DNA of 64,000 nucleotides from Candidatus Kaiserbacteria bacterium (GTDB lineage Bacteria > Patescibacteriota > Minisyncoccia > Phycocordibacterales > UBA918), in NCBI GenBank assembly GCA_016699245.1, contig CP064968.1, positions 835,042-899,041 on the forward strand, in the 5' to 3' direction. This document shows, in pieces, positions 27,875-36,714 of this stretch. The notes beneath the pieces were generated by a model. The model saw nothing but the letters and a program-made list of their open reading frames with translations, did no database searches and was not told where the DNA came from. The translations under genes and the position numbers were made by a program. Numbering within the stretch: position 1 is the stretch's first letter; each line of letters begins with the position of its first letter.

Positions 27875-28969
27875 ATGACCGTTCTTTCTTCACTACAGCG
27901 GGTGTTCCCGCCACCTCATATTATGTCTTTCCCGTGCGTCGGGGTGGATGTTTCTGATACATCACTGAAGTATATTCAGTTTGAACGAGTGCACTCACAT
28001 GATGAATTTCTCAATTTGCGCCATTGGGGTGATATCGAGATTCCCTCTGGGATTGTTGAGCGTGGAAATGTGCATGATGGCGCCAAACTAGCTGCAGTGC
28101 TCAGTGAAATGAAGGCGCATACCAACGCGCGCTATGTGAATGTGTCGCTCCCCGAAGAACGGGCATACCTTTTTGAAACCACACTCCCTGAAAATACGGG
28201 ACGCAATGATATTCGTGGGCTCTTAGAATTTCGCCTTGAGGAAAACGTACCACTCTCACCACGTGATGCCTATTTTGATTACGCCGTTGTCGGGCATGAT
28301 ACCGAAAATCGCACCATGCGTGTTGCGGTGGCGGTGTACGCTCAATCGACTATCAATAGTTATTACGAAGCATGTATTCAAGCAGGACTTATTCCGCTCG
28401 CGTTTGAGATTGAGGCACAGGCGATTGCACGTGCCGCAGTGCCCAAAAGCAACCACGGTACGTATATGATTGTGGACTTTGGGAAAACGCGCATGGGTAT
28501 TGGTATCGTACACCGTGGTGCATTAATGTATGCCTCCACCATCGATGTCGCCGGAAGCCAAATGAGTGCCGATATGCGTGAGGCTCTGGGCAACCTTGCT
28601 GAATCAGAACTCACCACAATTAAAAATACACGTGGACTGGTCCGTACAAAAGAAAATGGTGTTGTGGCAAGTATTCTTGAAAAGTATGCAGATATAATCG
28701 TGGATGAACTCAGTATTCGTATGCACTACTGGAATACGCGCGATATTGATCGGGAAGCACGCGAAATAAAAAAACTCATTATCTGCGGTGGCAGTGCCAA
28801 TCTTCTTGGTCTTCCAGAATATCTTGCTGAAAAACTTGAAGTACCTTCAGAACGTGCCCAAGTATGGAGTAACGCTTTTCCACTCGACACCCTTATTCCA
28901 CCGATTACCCGCAGGTACTCATATGGATATGCCACAGCAATCGGTCTTGCGCTCCGTAATTTCTTATAA
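27875..28969 (+). CDS. pilM: Type IV pilus assembly protein PilM (actin-like ATPase fold)
   Basis: 364 aa, about 35 aa longer than typical PilM (~330 aa); followed by PilN/PilO-like single-pass proteins in operon order. Confidence 0.65.
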   Translation: MTVLSSLQRVFPPPHIMSFPCVGVDVSDTSLKYIQFERVHSHDEFLNLRHWGDIEIPSGIVERGNVHDGAKLAAVLSEMKAHTNARYVNVSLPEERAYLFETTLPENTGRNDIRGLLEFRLEENVPLSPRDAYFDYAVVGHDTENRTMRVAVAVYAQSTINSYYEACIQAGLIPLAFEIEAQAIARAAVPKSNHGTYMIVDFGKTRMGIGIVHRGALMYASTIDVAGSQMSADMREALGNLAESELTTIKNTRGLVRTKENGVVASILEKYADIIVDELSIRMHYWNTRDIDREAREIKKLIICGGSANLLGLPEYLAEKLEVPSERAQVWSNAFPLDTLIPPITRRYSYGYATAIGLALRNFL

Positions 28970-28971
28970 CT

Positions 28972-29514
28972 ATGATTAATCTTATTCCACCAGCAGGATA
29001 CAAAGTGCTCAAGCGCGAGTACTTACTGCGTATTGGCGCATCGTTTTCATTTTTGATGGCGGTAGTACTTTTTATCCTTACCGTCTCACTTGCGCCCACG
29101 TATATTCTCACGAGTGCACAGATTGCTGATTATGAAACCCGCATCAGTAGTGTGGAAGATGAAGCTGCAGTTTTTAAGGAGGCTGAGCGGCAGGTAACAG
29201 AAGCGCATATAGTACTTGCTCAGTTGCAGACTACAGGGAATACGGTCGTCACCTCAGATATTTTGCATGAGATTGAAAATGTCGCGCCAGAGGGTATTTC
29301 TTTTAAAACCTTTTCCATTTCTGCATCTGGACAAAATGCAACGCAGACAGTACAGGTACAGGGAGTTGCCCCCACACGGGAAGCGCTGGTTCAATTTAAG
29401 AATGCCCTTGAGAACACAACACTTTTCGATAAAGCCGAAGTACCGATTGCCGACCTTGCACGTGATGCAAATTTGCCATTTGCGATTACTATTTCCCTCC
29501 AAAAAGCACCATAA
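28972..29514 (+). CDS. PilN-like pilus assembly protein
   Basis: N-terminal transmembrane helix plus periplasmic coiled coil; position after pilM. Confidence 0.5.
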   Translation: MINLIPPAGYKVLKREYLLRIGASFSFLMAVVLFILTVSLAPTYILTSAQIADYETRISSVEDEAAVFKEAERQVTEAHIVLAQLQTTGNTVVTSDILHEIENVAPEGISFKTFSISASGQNATQTVQVQGVAPTREALVQFKNALENTTLFDKAEVPIADLARDANLPFAITISLQKAP

Positions 29515-29517
29515 CAT

Positions 29518-30051
29518 ATGAGAACTTCTTTTACTTACAAGAGCACGCACATCATTGCTATAATTGGCCACTCATTTTTTGTGGGAAGTGCGCTTTTGCT
29601 TTGGGTGTTCTTTACTCAGGTAGAACAGCATAAAATACATTTACGTGAATTGAGCGAAACGTATGCGCGTATAGAGCAAAATCGAGATATATTTGCATCA
29701 CTCGTGATACGTCTCGATGAGACACGCAGTGCGCGCGAGTCCCTGCAAAAACATATTTTGCCCCAGGATGGTGTTATTGACTTTCTCACGCTCATTGAGA
29801 ATATTGGAAGGGAACAACAGGTAGTCTTAAAAACAAATACTATCATCGTTCGTCCTTTAAATACTACCTTTGAAACAATGGTGGTAAACATCTCTGCAGA
29901 AGGCTCATACGCATCCCTGACAAATACATTGAAAATTTTTGAGCACTTGCCCTACCAAGTTTCAATTCGTAATGTGCAGTTTACAAACGAAGAGGACGAA
30001 ACTGATATGTGGTCGAGCACGTATGATATAGAAGTCACTCAATTTAATTAA
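29518..30051 (+). CDS. PilO-like pilus assembly protein
   Basis: N-terminal transmembrane helix; operon position. Confidence 0.45.
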   Translation: MRTSFTYKSTHIIAIIGHSFFVGSALLLWVFFTQVEQHKIHLRELSETYARIEQNRDIFASLVIRLDETRSARESLQKHILPQDGVIDFLTLIENIGREQQVVLKTNTIIVRPLNTTFETMVVNISAEGSYASLTNTLKIFEHLPYQVSIRNVQFTNEEDETDMWSSTYDIEVTQFN

Positions 30052-30052
30052 T

Positions 30053-30481
30053 ATGAAGTTTAATTTTAAAACACAACTGAAACAGCGAATTCGCTCGTTT
30101 GAAGAGGAGAAAGATTCTCACGAATATATGCATCCACAGAGGGATTGGATGTTAATTTTAGGAAGCGCTGTGTTTGTATTTTTAGGAGGTGTAACGTACA
30201 GCGCTTTTGATTTTTATACGCAGTTTGTGATGCCTCCTGAGCCGTCACTTGTTGAAGATAAAGTGGTTCGGTATCGTGATACCGCGATTCTTGAAGTTGC
30301 GAAATTATACGATGATAGAGAACAACTGTTTACAACACTCAGAGCCGATAAGCCACCCGTCTCCGTGCCCATTGAGGTGCCTGCCACCACTACTGCCGAA
30401 ATAAAGATTGAAGAGGCCCCACCACTTGCAGAGGAGGGTACTCCTCTGTACACTGAAACCGCTCCGACCCTGTCCCCATAG
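30053..30481 (+). CDS. Hypothetical membrane-anchored protein, possibly a PilP-like pilus component
   Basis: Transmembrane helix plus Pro/Thr-rich C-terminus; 1-nt gap from the previous gene. Confidence 0.35.
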   Translation: MKFNFKTQLKQRIRSFEEEKDSHEYMHPQRDWMLILGSAVFVFLGGVTYSAFDFYTQFVMPPEPSLVEDKVVRYRDTAILEVAKLYDDREQLFTTLRADKPPVSVPIEVPATTTAEIKIEEAPPLAEEGTPLYTETAPTLSP

Positions 30482-30483
30482 TT

Positions 30484-30526
30484 CAATGGATAGAACTGCG
30501 GACTTCTAAGCCGTTATTCGAGGCTA
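30484..30526 (+). pseudogene. Partial duplicate of tRNA-Arg(TCT): D-arm through 5' T-stem, no acceptor stem
   Basis: 'tagttcaatggatagaactgcggacttctaagccgttattcgagg' matches tRNA-Arg(TCT) at 30664-30707 (2 mismatches in the D-loop). The upstream sequence cannot pair as an acceptor stem. Confidence 0.7.
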
Positions 30527-30620
30527 AACAGTCTGGGAGACTGTTTAGGAGGTTGTCGACAGTTTCGACCAAAGGAAGAAACTGTCATACAACCTGAACA
30601 GTTCATGTAATGAAAGATTC
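30527..30620 (+). repeat. Nested-hairpin repeat family, copy in + orientation (AGGTTGT-C-GACAGTTTC...GAAACTGTC-AT-ACAACCT)
   Basis: Two concentric perfect inverted repeats read from the sequence. Related copies at 4930-4995 and 31713-31835 on the opposite strand. Confidence 0.7.
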
Positions 30621-30655
30621 CGTAAAGGAATAGAACATAGTACGATACAATATTG

Positions 30656-30728
30656 CCTCGGTAGTTAAATGGATATAACTGCGGACTTCTAAGCCGTTAT
30701 TCGAGGTTCGATTCCTCGCCGAGGCACA
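30656..30728 (+). tRNA. tRNA-Arg (anticodon TCT)
   Basis: Acceptor GCCTCGG/CCGAGGC, anticodon loop CTTCTAA (stem has one 31:39 mismatch), T-arm CGAGG-TTCGATT-CCTCG, discriminator A. Confidence 0.7.
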
Positions 30729-30770
30729 AAAACAGAGCGACGTCTTTGCATTTGATACAATAATATAACT

Positions 30771-31388
30771 ATGAACATGTCGATATTTTGGACAATACTC
30801 GGGGTCTTACTTCTGTGCATTCTTGCATATTTTCTCTTGCGAGATGATACACGTATTATTAATTATCCCCCGAAGGGGGGTCCCATTGTTGCATTTGGCG
30901 ATAGCCTGGTTCGTGGGGTTGGCTCTCCGGAGACAGAAGGCTTTGTGCTCACACTCGCATCAAAAATTGGTGAGCCAATTATTAACAAAGGAGTTCCCGG
31001 AGATACTACTACTGATGGTTTAGCACGCATTGATACTGTTCTTGAAAGTAACCCACGCATTGTATTAGTACTCCTCGGAGGGAATGATCGTCTGCGACAG
31101 ATACCCACCGAACAAACGCTCGCAAACTTACGAATGATTATCTCCAAGATACAAGAGAGTGGTGCAGTCGTTGTGCTCCTCGGTGTACGAGGGAATCTTT
31201 TGACTGGACGATTTGATGAAGAACTTGAGAAACTTGCTCACGAAATGGGGGCGGTATTTGTGTCCAACGTGCTTGATGGTATCTTCGGCAATCAACAGTT
31301 AATGTTTGATTCTGTGCACCCAAATAAGGATGGGTATGCGCTTATCTCTGAGAAGGTGTATGAGGTGATTGGAACTGTGTTACGGTAG
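30771..31388 (+). CDS. SGNH/GDSL-family hydrolase
   Basis: GDS(L) block IVAFGDSLVRG, LLGGNDRL, DSVHPNKDGYALI (catalytic D-x-x-H). Confidence 0.8.
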   Translation: MNMSIFWTILGVLLLCILAYFLLRDDTRIINYPPKGGPIVAFGDSLVRGVGSPETEGFVLTLASKIGEPIINKGVPGDTTTDGLARIDTVLESNPRIVLVLLGGNDRLRQIPTEQTLANLRMIISKIQESGAVVVLLGVRGNLLTGRFDEELEKLAHEMGAVFVSNVLDGIFGNQQLMFDSVHPNKDGYALISEKVYEVIGTVLR

Positions 31389-31712
31389 GGTTGGATTGTA
31401 AATATGGTTTCGTGGTCACAAGTTGCTAATTGATTTTTTTCGCTTCGGAACTTACACACAAATAGAATTTCTTGGTCTCCTTTTTCATTATGAAAGAAAA
31501 AGGAGACAGACTCAGAAAATATAGTCGCTACCGCTCGTTATTTTCTGGTCACCCCGCCTCGGCCATTTTTATTTCTACGAAGGAAATAAAAATATGCCTG
31601 CGACTCGCACAAAGGCACGAAAGCAAAGCAGTTTGCTTTCTAAATCAAATACCCACCCATTTTAAAATGGGTGGGTATTTGATTTACCTTTGTGCGCGAT
31701 AAGAGACTTGAA

Positions 31713-31835
31713 TCTTACAGATTCTGTTCAGGTTGCACCACAAGAGTATTTCATTTTTCTAATTCGTAAACTCATAAGAAAAATTGGTCATATGACACTT
31801 TCTTCCGTTGGTCGAAATTGTCGACAACCTTTTTA
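31713..31835 (-). repeat. Nested-hairpin repeat family copy (with a 55-nt internal insertion) at the left end of the integrative element
   Basis: Reverse complement reads aggttgtcgacaatttcgaccaacggaagaaagtgtcata...caacctgaacagaatctgtaag. About 90% identical to 30541-30605 outside the insertion. Confidence 0.7.
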
Positions 31836-32078
31836 AGTCTCTGGCTTAAAAACTAAATACCCCCAGAAAAAATCTGGGGGTATTTAGTTTTGTGCACCAA
31901 GTATCACCCCAATTGAACTTTTTGATTGTATTGTTGATGAGTATGATTTATTTGTTGCCTGGAACGTTGAAATGCGTAATTTCTTCGCCATTGAAAGAAT
32001 CGAGGAAGAGACATCGGTAACGTATTGAGCTTGTCTGATATGAATAAAATGGTCTTTTGATACATTAGGGTAATTCTA

Positions 32079-32300
32079 TTGAACTTTGGTACTATTATCA
32101 TAATGAAACCCGACAAGAAAAAAGACGCACTGACTGACGTTGTAGATATTGCAACTTCACCTGCAAGCAATAATTCGGACTCGAATTTGAGCGAAGGGCA
32201 AACAGTTGCTTCGTCAGGCGAGGTTATTACTTTAGGTTTTGAAAATCAGATTGATAAGTTGGCCCGTGATTTAGTAAGTAAAGCAAGAAAGAAGAAGTAA
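32079..32300 (+). CDS. Small hypothetical protein (element cargo)
   Basis: 73-aa ORF followed by a hairpin caccctt...aagggtg. No similarity recognised. Confidence 0.3.
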   Translation: MNFGTIIIMKPDKKKDALTDVVDIATSPASNNSDSNLSEGQTVASSGEVITLGFENQIDKLARDLVSKARKKK

Positions 32301-32368
32301 TTTTATATAAAAAAGCCACCCTTCCGCCGAAACGAAAGGGTGTACTTTCAGTTTCGTCGTGGGTGGCG

Positions 32369-32947
32369 TCAGCGTACGGGTGGATAGACCAGGACTCGGT
32401 CTTGCAATGAGACAGACCCAGCTGAAAGAACGAATCCCATCACGCCACGTTTGTTCTGTGCTTCACGAATGAATCTGGTCTTGAGCCCTTCAATGCCGTG
32501 ATGGGCTTCGAGCCGTTCACCCACAGTTCGACATGGACCATTTTCTTCCCAGACTGCCAGAATGGCTTGCGTGACGTTGCCGTCTGCCATATGTGCAGGG
32601 AAGACAAGTCGTGTGCCAGGTTCCAGCTTGGAAAAGTTGGGGATGCCCGAAATCGTGATGTTTTCGAGTAGGCAACCGAGAGGAATGTCGTGGCCAAGAG
32701 CTTGCTCAACCTCAGTCATTTCCTCCAAGGACAAGCCAGTCCAGCTTCGCCAATTGAACACCTGGGACCCTTTCATCAATCCCGAAGTTCTGATGTAGTC
32801 GCCGTCATGTCCGCTCAAACGGCGGTCGAAACCAGCGTGGTTGTCGCCGATTGGGCCGTCAAGTTCAAACTTGATATTCAGAACTCGTTCACCGTTGATT
32901 GCCAACGAGCTTACGAGTCCAGTAGCGATTGGATTGATATTTGGCAC
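32369..32947 (-). CDS. MOSC-domain protein (YiiM/YcbX-like)
   Basis: ENITISGIPNFSKLEPGTRLVF...GPCRTV matches the MOSC beta-barrel core including the conserved Cys. Confidence 0.65.
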   Translation of the reverse strand: MPNINPIATGLVSSLAINGERVLNIKFELDGPIGDNHAGFDRRLSGHDGDYIRTSGLMKGSQVFNWRSWTGLSLEEMTEVEQALGHDIPLGCLLENITISGIPNFSKLEPGTRLVFPAHMADGNVTQAILAVWEENGPCRTVGERLEAHHGIEGLKTRFIREAQNKRGVMGFVLSAGSVSLQDRVLVYPPVR

Positions 32948-32957
32948 GGGACACCTC

Positions 32958-33587
32958 CTATTGGCGTGCTGTCAGAAGAGCATTGTCTGCTACTTCTGCC
33001 ATGGTTTCGTAGAAAGGAAATTGCTTTCCTGTGGCTTCACTCAACTCGAACAGAATGACATCGAGTCCATGGAAACGACGGTCACCGCCGACCACAATGC
33101 GTGCGTCCATCATTTCGGCGTAAGCAGTGAATTTGCCAATCTCACGCCGAGTATCCATGGCATACGGTTCAGGCCCTGGATGTGGGTGTGTGGAGCTTTC
33201 AAGGCCGAGCCAGAAGATGACACAGCCAGGCACGTTCGCCTCAAGACCAGCTTGTTTGAGGTAGTGGCGTTCCCACACCAGTTGTCGATTATCTGCCTTC
33301 GAGAACGGCTGGTGGAAGTGTTTTGCCAACCGATGCTCGTCATTCCACCGCGATGGGCAAGCAATGAGAGCGGAAGGTTCACGACTGATGATGTGTTCGA
33401 CCATACTTGACTGCCAATCGTCACCACCGCGAATCGGTCCTGCCAAGAAAAGCAGGGGTGATTCATTCGTTGGTGAAAGTGGCACGATTTGTTTCGGTAC
33501 GTAAATGGTCATCGGTTCTTCTCCTATCAATGAGCTGTGAATGGGGGAACTTATAGGACTTTCAAGGTCCTGAAGCTGGTCGCACAA
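32958..33587 (-). CDS. Nucleoside 2-deoxyribosyltransferase-fold protein, DNPH1/Rcl-like (2'-deoxynucleoside 5'-phosphate N-hydrolase-like)
   Basis: PLLFLAGPIRGGDDW resembles the DNPH1 'YFCGSIRGG' nucleotide-binding loop. Acidic residues lie downstream. 11-nt gap to the MOSC gene on the same strand. Confidence 0.5.
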   Translation of the reverse strand: MCDQLQDLESPISSPIHSSLIGEEPMTIYVPKQIVPLSPTNESPLLFLAGPIRGGDDWQSSMVEHIISREPSALIACPSRWNDEHRLAKHFHQPFSKADNRQLVWERHYLKQAGLEANVPGCVIFWLGLESSTHPHPGPEPYAMDTRREIGKFTAYAEMMDARIVVGGDRRFHGLDVILFELSEATGKQFPFYETMAEVADNALLTARQ

Positions 33588-33614
33588 TATAATGAAAATG
33601 GCAGTTTGTAAAGT

Positions 33615-34907
33615 GTGGGACTCCTGTATAATACAGCTAATATGGCAAAAAACATTACAGGCGAATATGTTTCAAAAAATCTTTCAGCTAAAGAGGTTTA
33701 CGGCTATAAAGACGAACACAATGAGGTTTCAGTTGAAATTGTAAAAGAGGTATACAAAAAGAAACATCTCATCGTTCACTACCCGTACAATAAAACAAAT
33801 GGCAGTCCTGCTTATAAGTTTGTGCGTGGGATACATTACATCGGATTCTCTCCAGACGATATAAATGGTGTAAAAAAAGCAAAAAATAGAGGATATGGAT
33901 TTACCAAAGATACAAGCGCACTCATTTATTTTCTTGAACAGGATTATCCAACCATCAATCAAATCTGGATTACTAAAGATGGAGAATCCGAATATCAAAA
34001 ACAGAAAGGGATTCTGATACTCAATAAAGATGATTTTTACAATTTGTATCTTTCTATAAAACCAGAAAATGACCGACATTCCAAAGAGCGAAACAATCTC
34101 GCAAAAGATTTCTTGGCCAGCACGCTTCCAAAATTGTTTGATAAAAGTAAATATGAATATGTAAAAGGGGAACTCCATTCACTTCTCCAAAAAATAAAAA
34201 CTCACAATGGAAAATTGTCTGATTCTGACCTGAAGTCATTATCTTCGGCTATTGAAGAAGGGCTGTTTGACGTCAGTCAACGGGTGCTGATAGATACTAA
34301 AAAAGGCATCGATAAGATTTATATTGAAACAGTTTTGGAAGAATTTGATAAATTGTCTGGGCAGACAGGCGAAACAAAAACATTAGAGAAAAAATGGCAG
34401 GACTTTTTCAAGAAACATAGCTGGATATTCAGTTTTGTTTTTGCGCATCCAGTCGTATTTCTCCAAAAGGAGATGTATGTGGGTGGTATGAAAATGAGTG
34501 GCAAAGGTGCTACTTATGCAGATTTTGTATATAAGAACAAGCTTACAAAAAACACTGCCGTTGTAGAAATAAAAACACATGCATCCATACTTATGAGCGC
34601 ATCTCCTTACAGGAAAGGTGCTGACATCTATTCAATTCAAAGTGGTTTGTCAGGAGCAATTGTACAGGTTTCGGACCAAAAGGATAAGATATTGAAAAAT
34701 TACAGCCACCTTGGAGTTTCAGAACCCTTCAACCCCAAATGTATAGTTATTGCAGGTTCAACGACTGAATTCAAAGGTAAGGGAGCAAAACGTAAGATAG
34801 CAAGCTTTGAGCTTTTTCGAAGTTCGTTGAGTGGTGTTGAGATTGTGACTTTCGATGAAATAAAAGAAAAGATACTGCTTCTAAAAACACAGATTGAATT
34901 GAATTAG
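33615..34907 (+). CDS. Shedu-like (DUF4263) PD-(D/E)xK nuclease-domain protein; candidate anti-phage defence gene
   Basis: C-terminal region has the DUF4263 hallmarks: EKKWQDFFKKHSWIFSFVF, then D...E-x-K (ATYADFVY...TAVVEIKTH) and IVIAGSTTEF...VEIVTFDEI. About 430 aa, as for SduA. Confidence 0.6.
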   Translation: MGLLYNTANMAKNITGEYVSKNLSAKEVYGYKDEHNEVSVEIVKEVYKKKHLIVHYPYNKTNGSPAYKFVRGIHYIGFSPDDINGVKKAKNRGYGFTKDTSALIYFLEQDYPTINQIWITKDGESEYQKQKGILILNKDDFYNLYLSIKPENDRHSKERNNLAKDFLASTLPKLFDKSKYEYVKGELHSLLQKIKTHNGKLSDSDLKSLSSAIEEGLFDVSQRVLIDTKKGIDKIYIETVLEEFDKLSGQTGETKTLEKKWQDFFKKHSWIFSFVFAHPVVFLQKEMYVGGMKMSGKGATYADFVYKNKLTKNTAVVEIKTHASILMSASPYRKGADIYSIQSGLSGAIVQVSDQKDKILKNYSHLGVSEPFNPKCIVIAGSTTEFKGKGAKRKIASFELFRSSLSGVEIVTFDEIKEKILLLKTQIELN

Positions 34908-34911
34908 CTTA

Positions 34912-35079
34912 CTTGCTAACAAGTGATAACAAGGGTTCCTCGCTGGTATCAGCCGAGAACAGCCAAGAGTTTGCCTGAAAACAGGCAATAACAGGTGCTC
35001 GTTTCTTTTGTTGCTAACAACAAATAGCAACAAAACCCTTTTAGCTGAAATTCCTCACTATTAGTACTACAATGGGGTA
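34912..35079. promoter_or_regulatory. Iteron-like TAACAA-containing repeats upstream of the serine recombinase gene
   Basis: ttgctaacaagtgataacaagg, gcaataacagg, ttgctaacaacaaatagcaacaaaac: repeated and partly palindromic 'ttgctaacaa' units read from the sequence. Confidence 0.4.
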
Positions 35080-36714
35080 ATGCAAGAAATCAAGACAACG
35101 GCAGACCTGAAGAATGTCTTCAGTAGTAAGTTCAATAACGATAAGTCAGAAAATCAGGAAGAGTTTTACCGTTACGCAATTTACGTCCGCAAATCGACTG
35201 ATACTGAAGATAAGCAAGAGCGGTCCCTTGGTGACCAATTAGCTGATTGTGAAGAGTTGGTCCTTCGCCACTCACTTCGTGTCGTAAAAGTGATACAGGA
35301 GTCGATGTCAGCCAAGGAGCCAGATATTCGACCAAAGTATCGTGAGATGATGAACGACCTTCAGGCGGGTAAGTATGATGGCATCATTGCGTGGCACCCA
35401 AACCGACTGTCACGAAATATGCGTGAAGCGGGTGAAATTATCGACCTGCTCGATAAGAACATCATCAAGGACCTCAAATTTGTTTCTTACACGCACACAA
35501 ACGATGCCAGCGGTAAAATGTTGCTTGGTATTACTTTTGTAATGTCGAAGCAATTTTCGGACAATTTGAGCGACAGCGTTACGCGGGGTAACCGAAGAAG
35601 TATTGAAGAGGGAAAGTACATCAACAAAGCCAAGCATGGATATAAAAAAGACCGTAATGGCTATTTACGGCCAGATGGCAAAAATTTTACTTTAGTTACC
35701 GAAGCGTTCCAGTTGCGGTTGCAGGGTAAAACAATTGATGAGATTGCGACTTTCCTCAATAAAAATGGATACTCACGCCAAAACTCTATATCAGGGAAGA
35801 GTTACACGGCCCACATGCAAAAAGCTATGGCAGGGAAGTTTATGAGGGACCCTGTTTATACAGGTGTGATGGTGTATGGAGAGACAGTGGTGGACCTGAC
35901 AGAAGTATATGATTTTGTGCCAGCTGTCAGTGTTGAAGATTTCATGAAAATAAATCGTCTGGAAAAGAATTCAGACATAATAAAGTTAGCAAAATCATTC
36001 AAGCGAACTGGTGGGGTGAAAGCAGACCTGCTTCGAGGAAAGGTTTTGTGTGCAGGATGTGGCGAACAGCGCATGGCTGGTATTACTACCAAAGAATTGA
36101 AGAGTGAAGCGAAGAACTATTTTTATTACCGTTGTGATACTGAAGGGTGTCCGTTTGAGAATAAATCTACCCGTGCCAAAGTGATACTTGATTTTGTTAT
36201 GGATTACTTCAAGAAGAGGCCGTTCTCAAACGTAGATGCGTACCAGCACTATAAAGTGGAAATGGTTCGCGTGATGAATCAACGCCTCAAAGAGAAGCAG
36301 GACCTTCTTCGTGTGAAGAAATCAGAATTGGCAAAACTACAAAGTCGTATAGTCGACCTGAAGTCCGCGATGGTTTTAGAAAAGGATGAAGAGGTAAAAG
36401 GTTACCAAAAAGAAGATTTTCAGAAGACGACTGACAGGGTAGTGGTTGTAAATGCTGAATTTGAAAAGTTAGAGAAGCAAATCGAAGCAGTGAAGGGCAC
36501 CCCGATGACTTATCAGGAATTCCTTGAACTTTTTGATAATATGGCTTCAATACTGAAGAAAACTACTAAAATGAGTGATTTGGACACCTTACTGCAAAAG
36601 TTCTTCTTGAACTTTACTATAAACAAAAAATCCGTTGAGGAATATACCCTCAACGAACCTTTTGCTTCACTTGAATCTATTGAAACATCAAATGTTTCTC
36701 TTGGTGCGCGATAA
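35080..36714 (+). CDS. Large serine recombinase (resolvase/invertase N-terminal catalytic domain plus recombinase and zinc-ribbon domains)
   Basis: YAIYVRKSTDTEDKQERSLGDQ (catalytic Ser), ...DGIIAWHPNRLSRN..., a central recombinase domain, Cys cluster CAGCG...CDTEGC, and a C-terminal coiled coil. 544 aa. Confidence 0.85.
   Translation: MQEIKTTADLKNVFSSKFNNDKSENQEEFYRYAIYVRKSTDTEDKQERSLGDQLADCEELVLRHSLRVVKVIQESMSAKEPDIRPKYREMMNDLQAGKYDGIIAWHPNRLSRNMREAGEIIDLLDKNIIKDLKFVSYTHTNDASGKMLLGITFVMSKQFSDNLSDSVTRGNRRSIEEGKYINKAKHGYKKDRNGYLRPDGKNFTLVTEAFQLRLQGKTIDEIATFLNKNGYSRQNSISGKSYTAHMQKAMAGKFMRDPVYTGVMVYGETVVDLTEVYDFVPAVSVEDFMKINRLEKNSDIIKLAKSFKRTGGVKADLLRGKVLCAGCGEQRMAGITTKELKSEAKNYFYYRCDTEGCPFENKSTRAKVILDFVMDYFKKRPFSNVDAYQHYKVEMVRVMNQRLKEKQDLLRVKKSELAKLQSRIVDLKSAMVLEKDEEVKGYQKEDFQKTTDRVVVVNAEFEKLEKQIEAVKGTPMTYQEFLELFDNMASILKKTTKMSDLDTLLQKFFLNFTINKKSVEEYTLNEPFASLESIETSNVSLGAR

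Noticed and set aside
31472-31702. 76-aa ORF ending ...YLCAR inside the left att repeat, mirroring the recombinase C-terminus ...LGAR
   Set aside because: The resemblance comes from both ORFs reading through the same 21-bp direct repeat. The ORF spans two palindromic hairpins and has no SD or conserved features. Judged non-coding.
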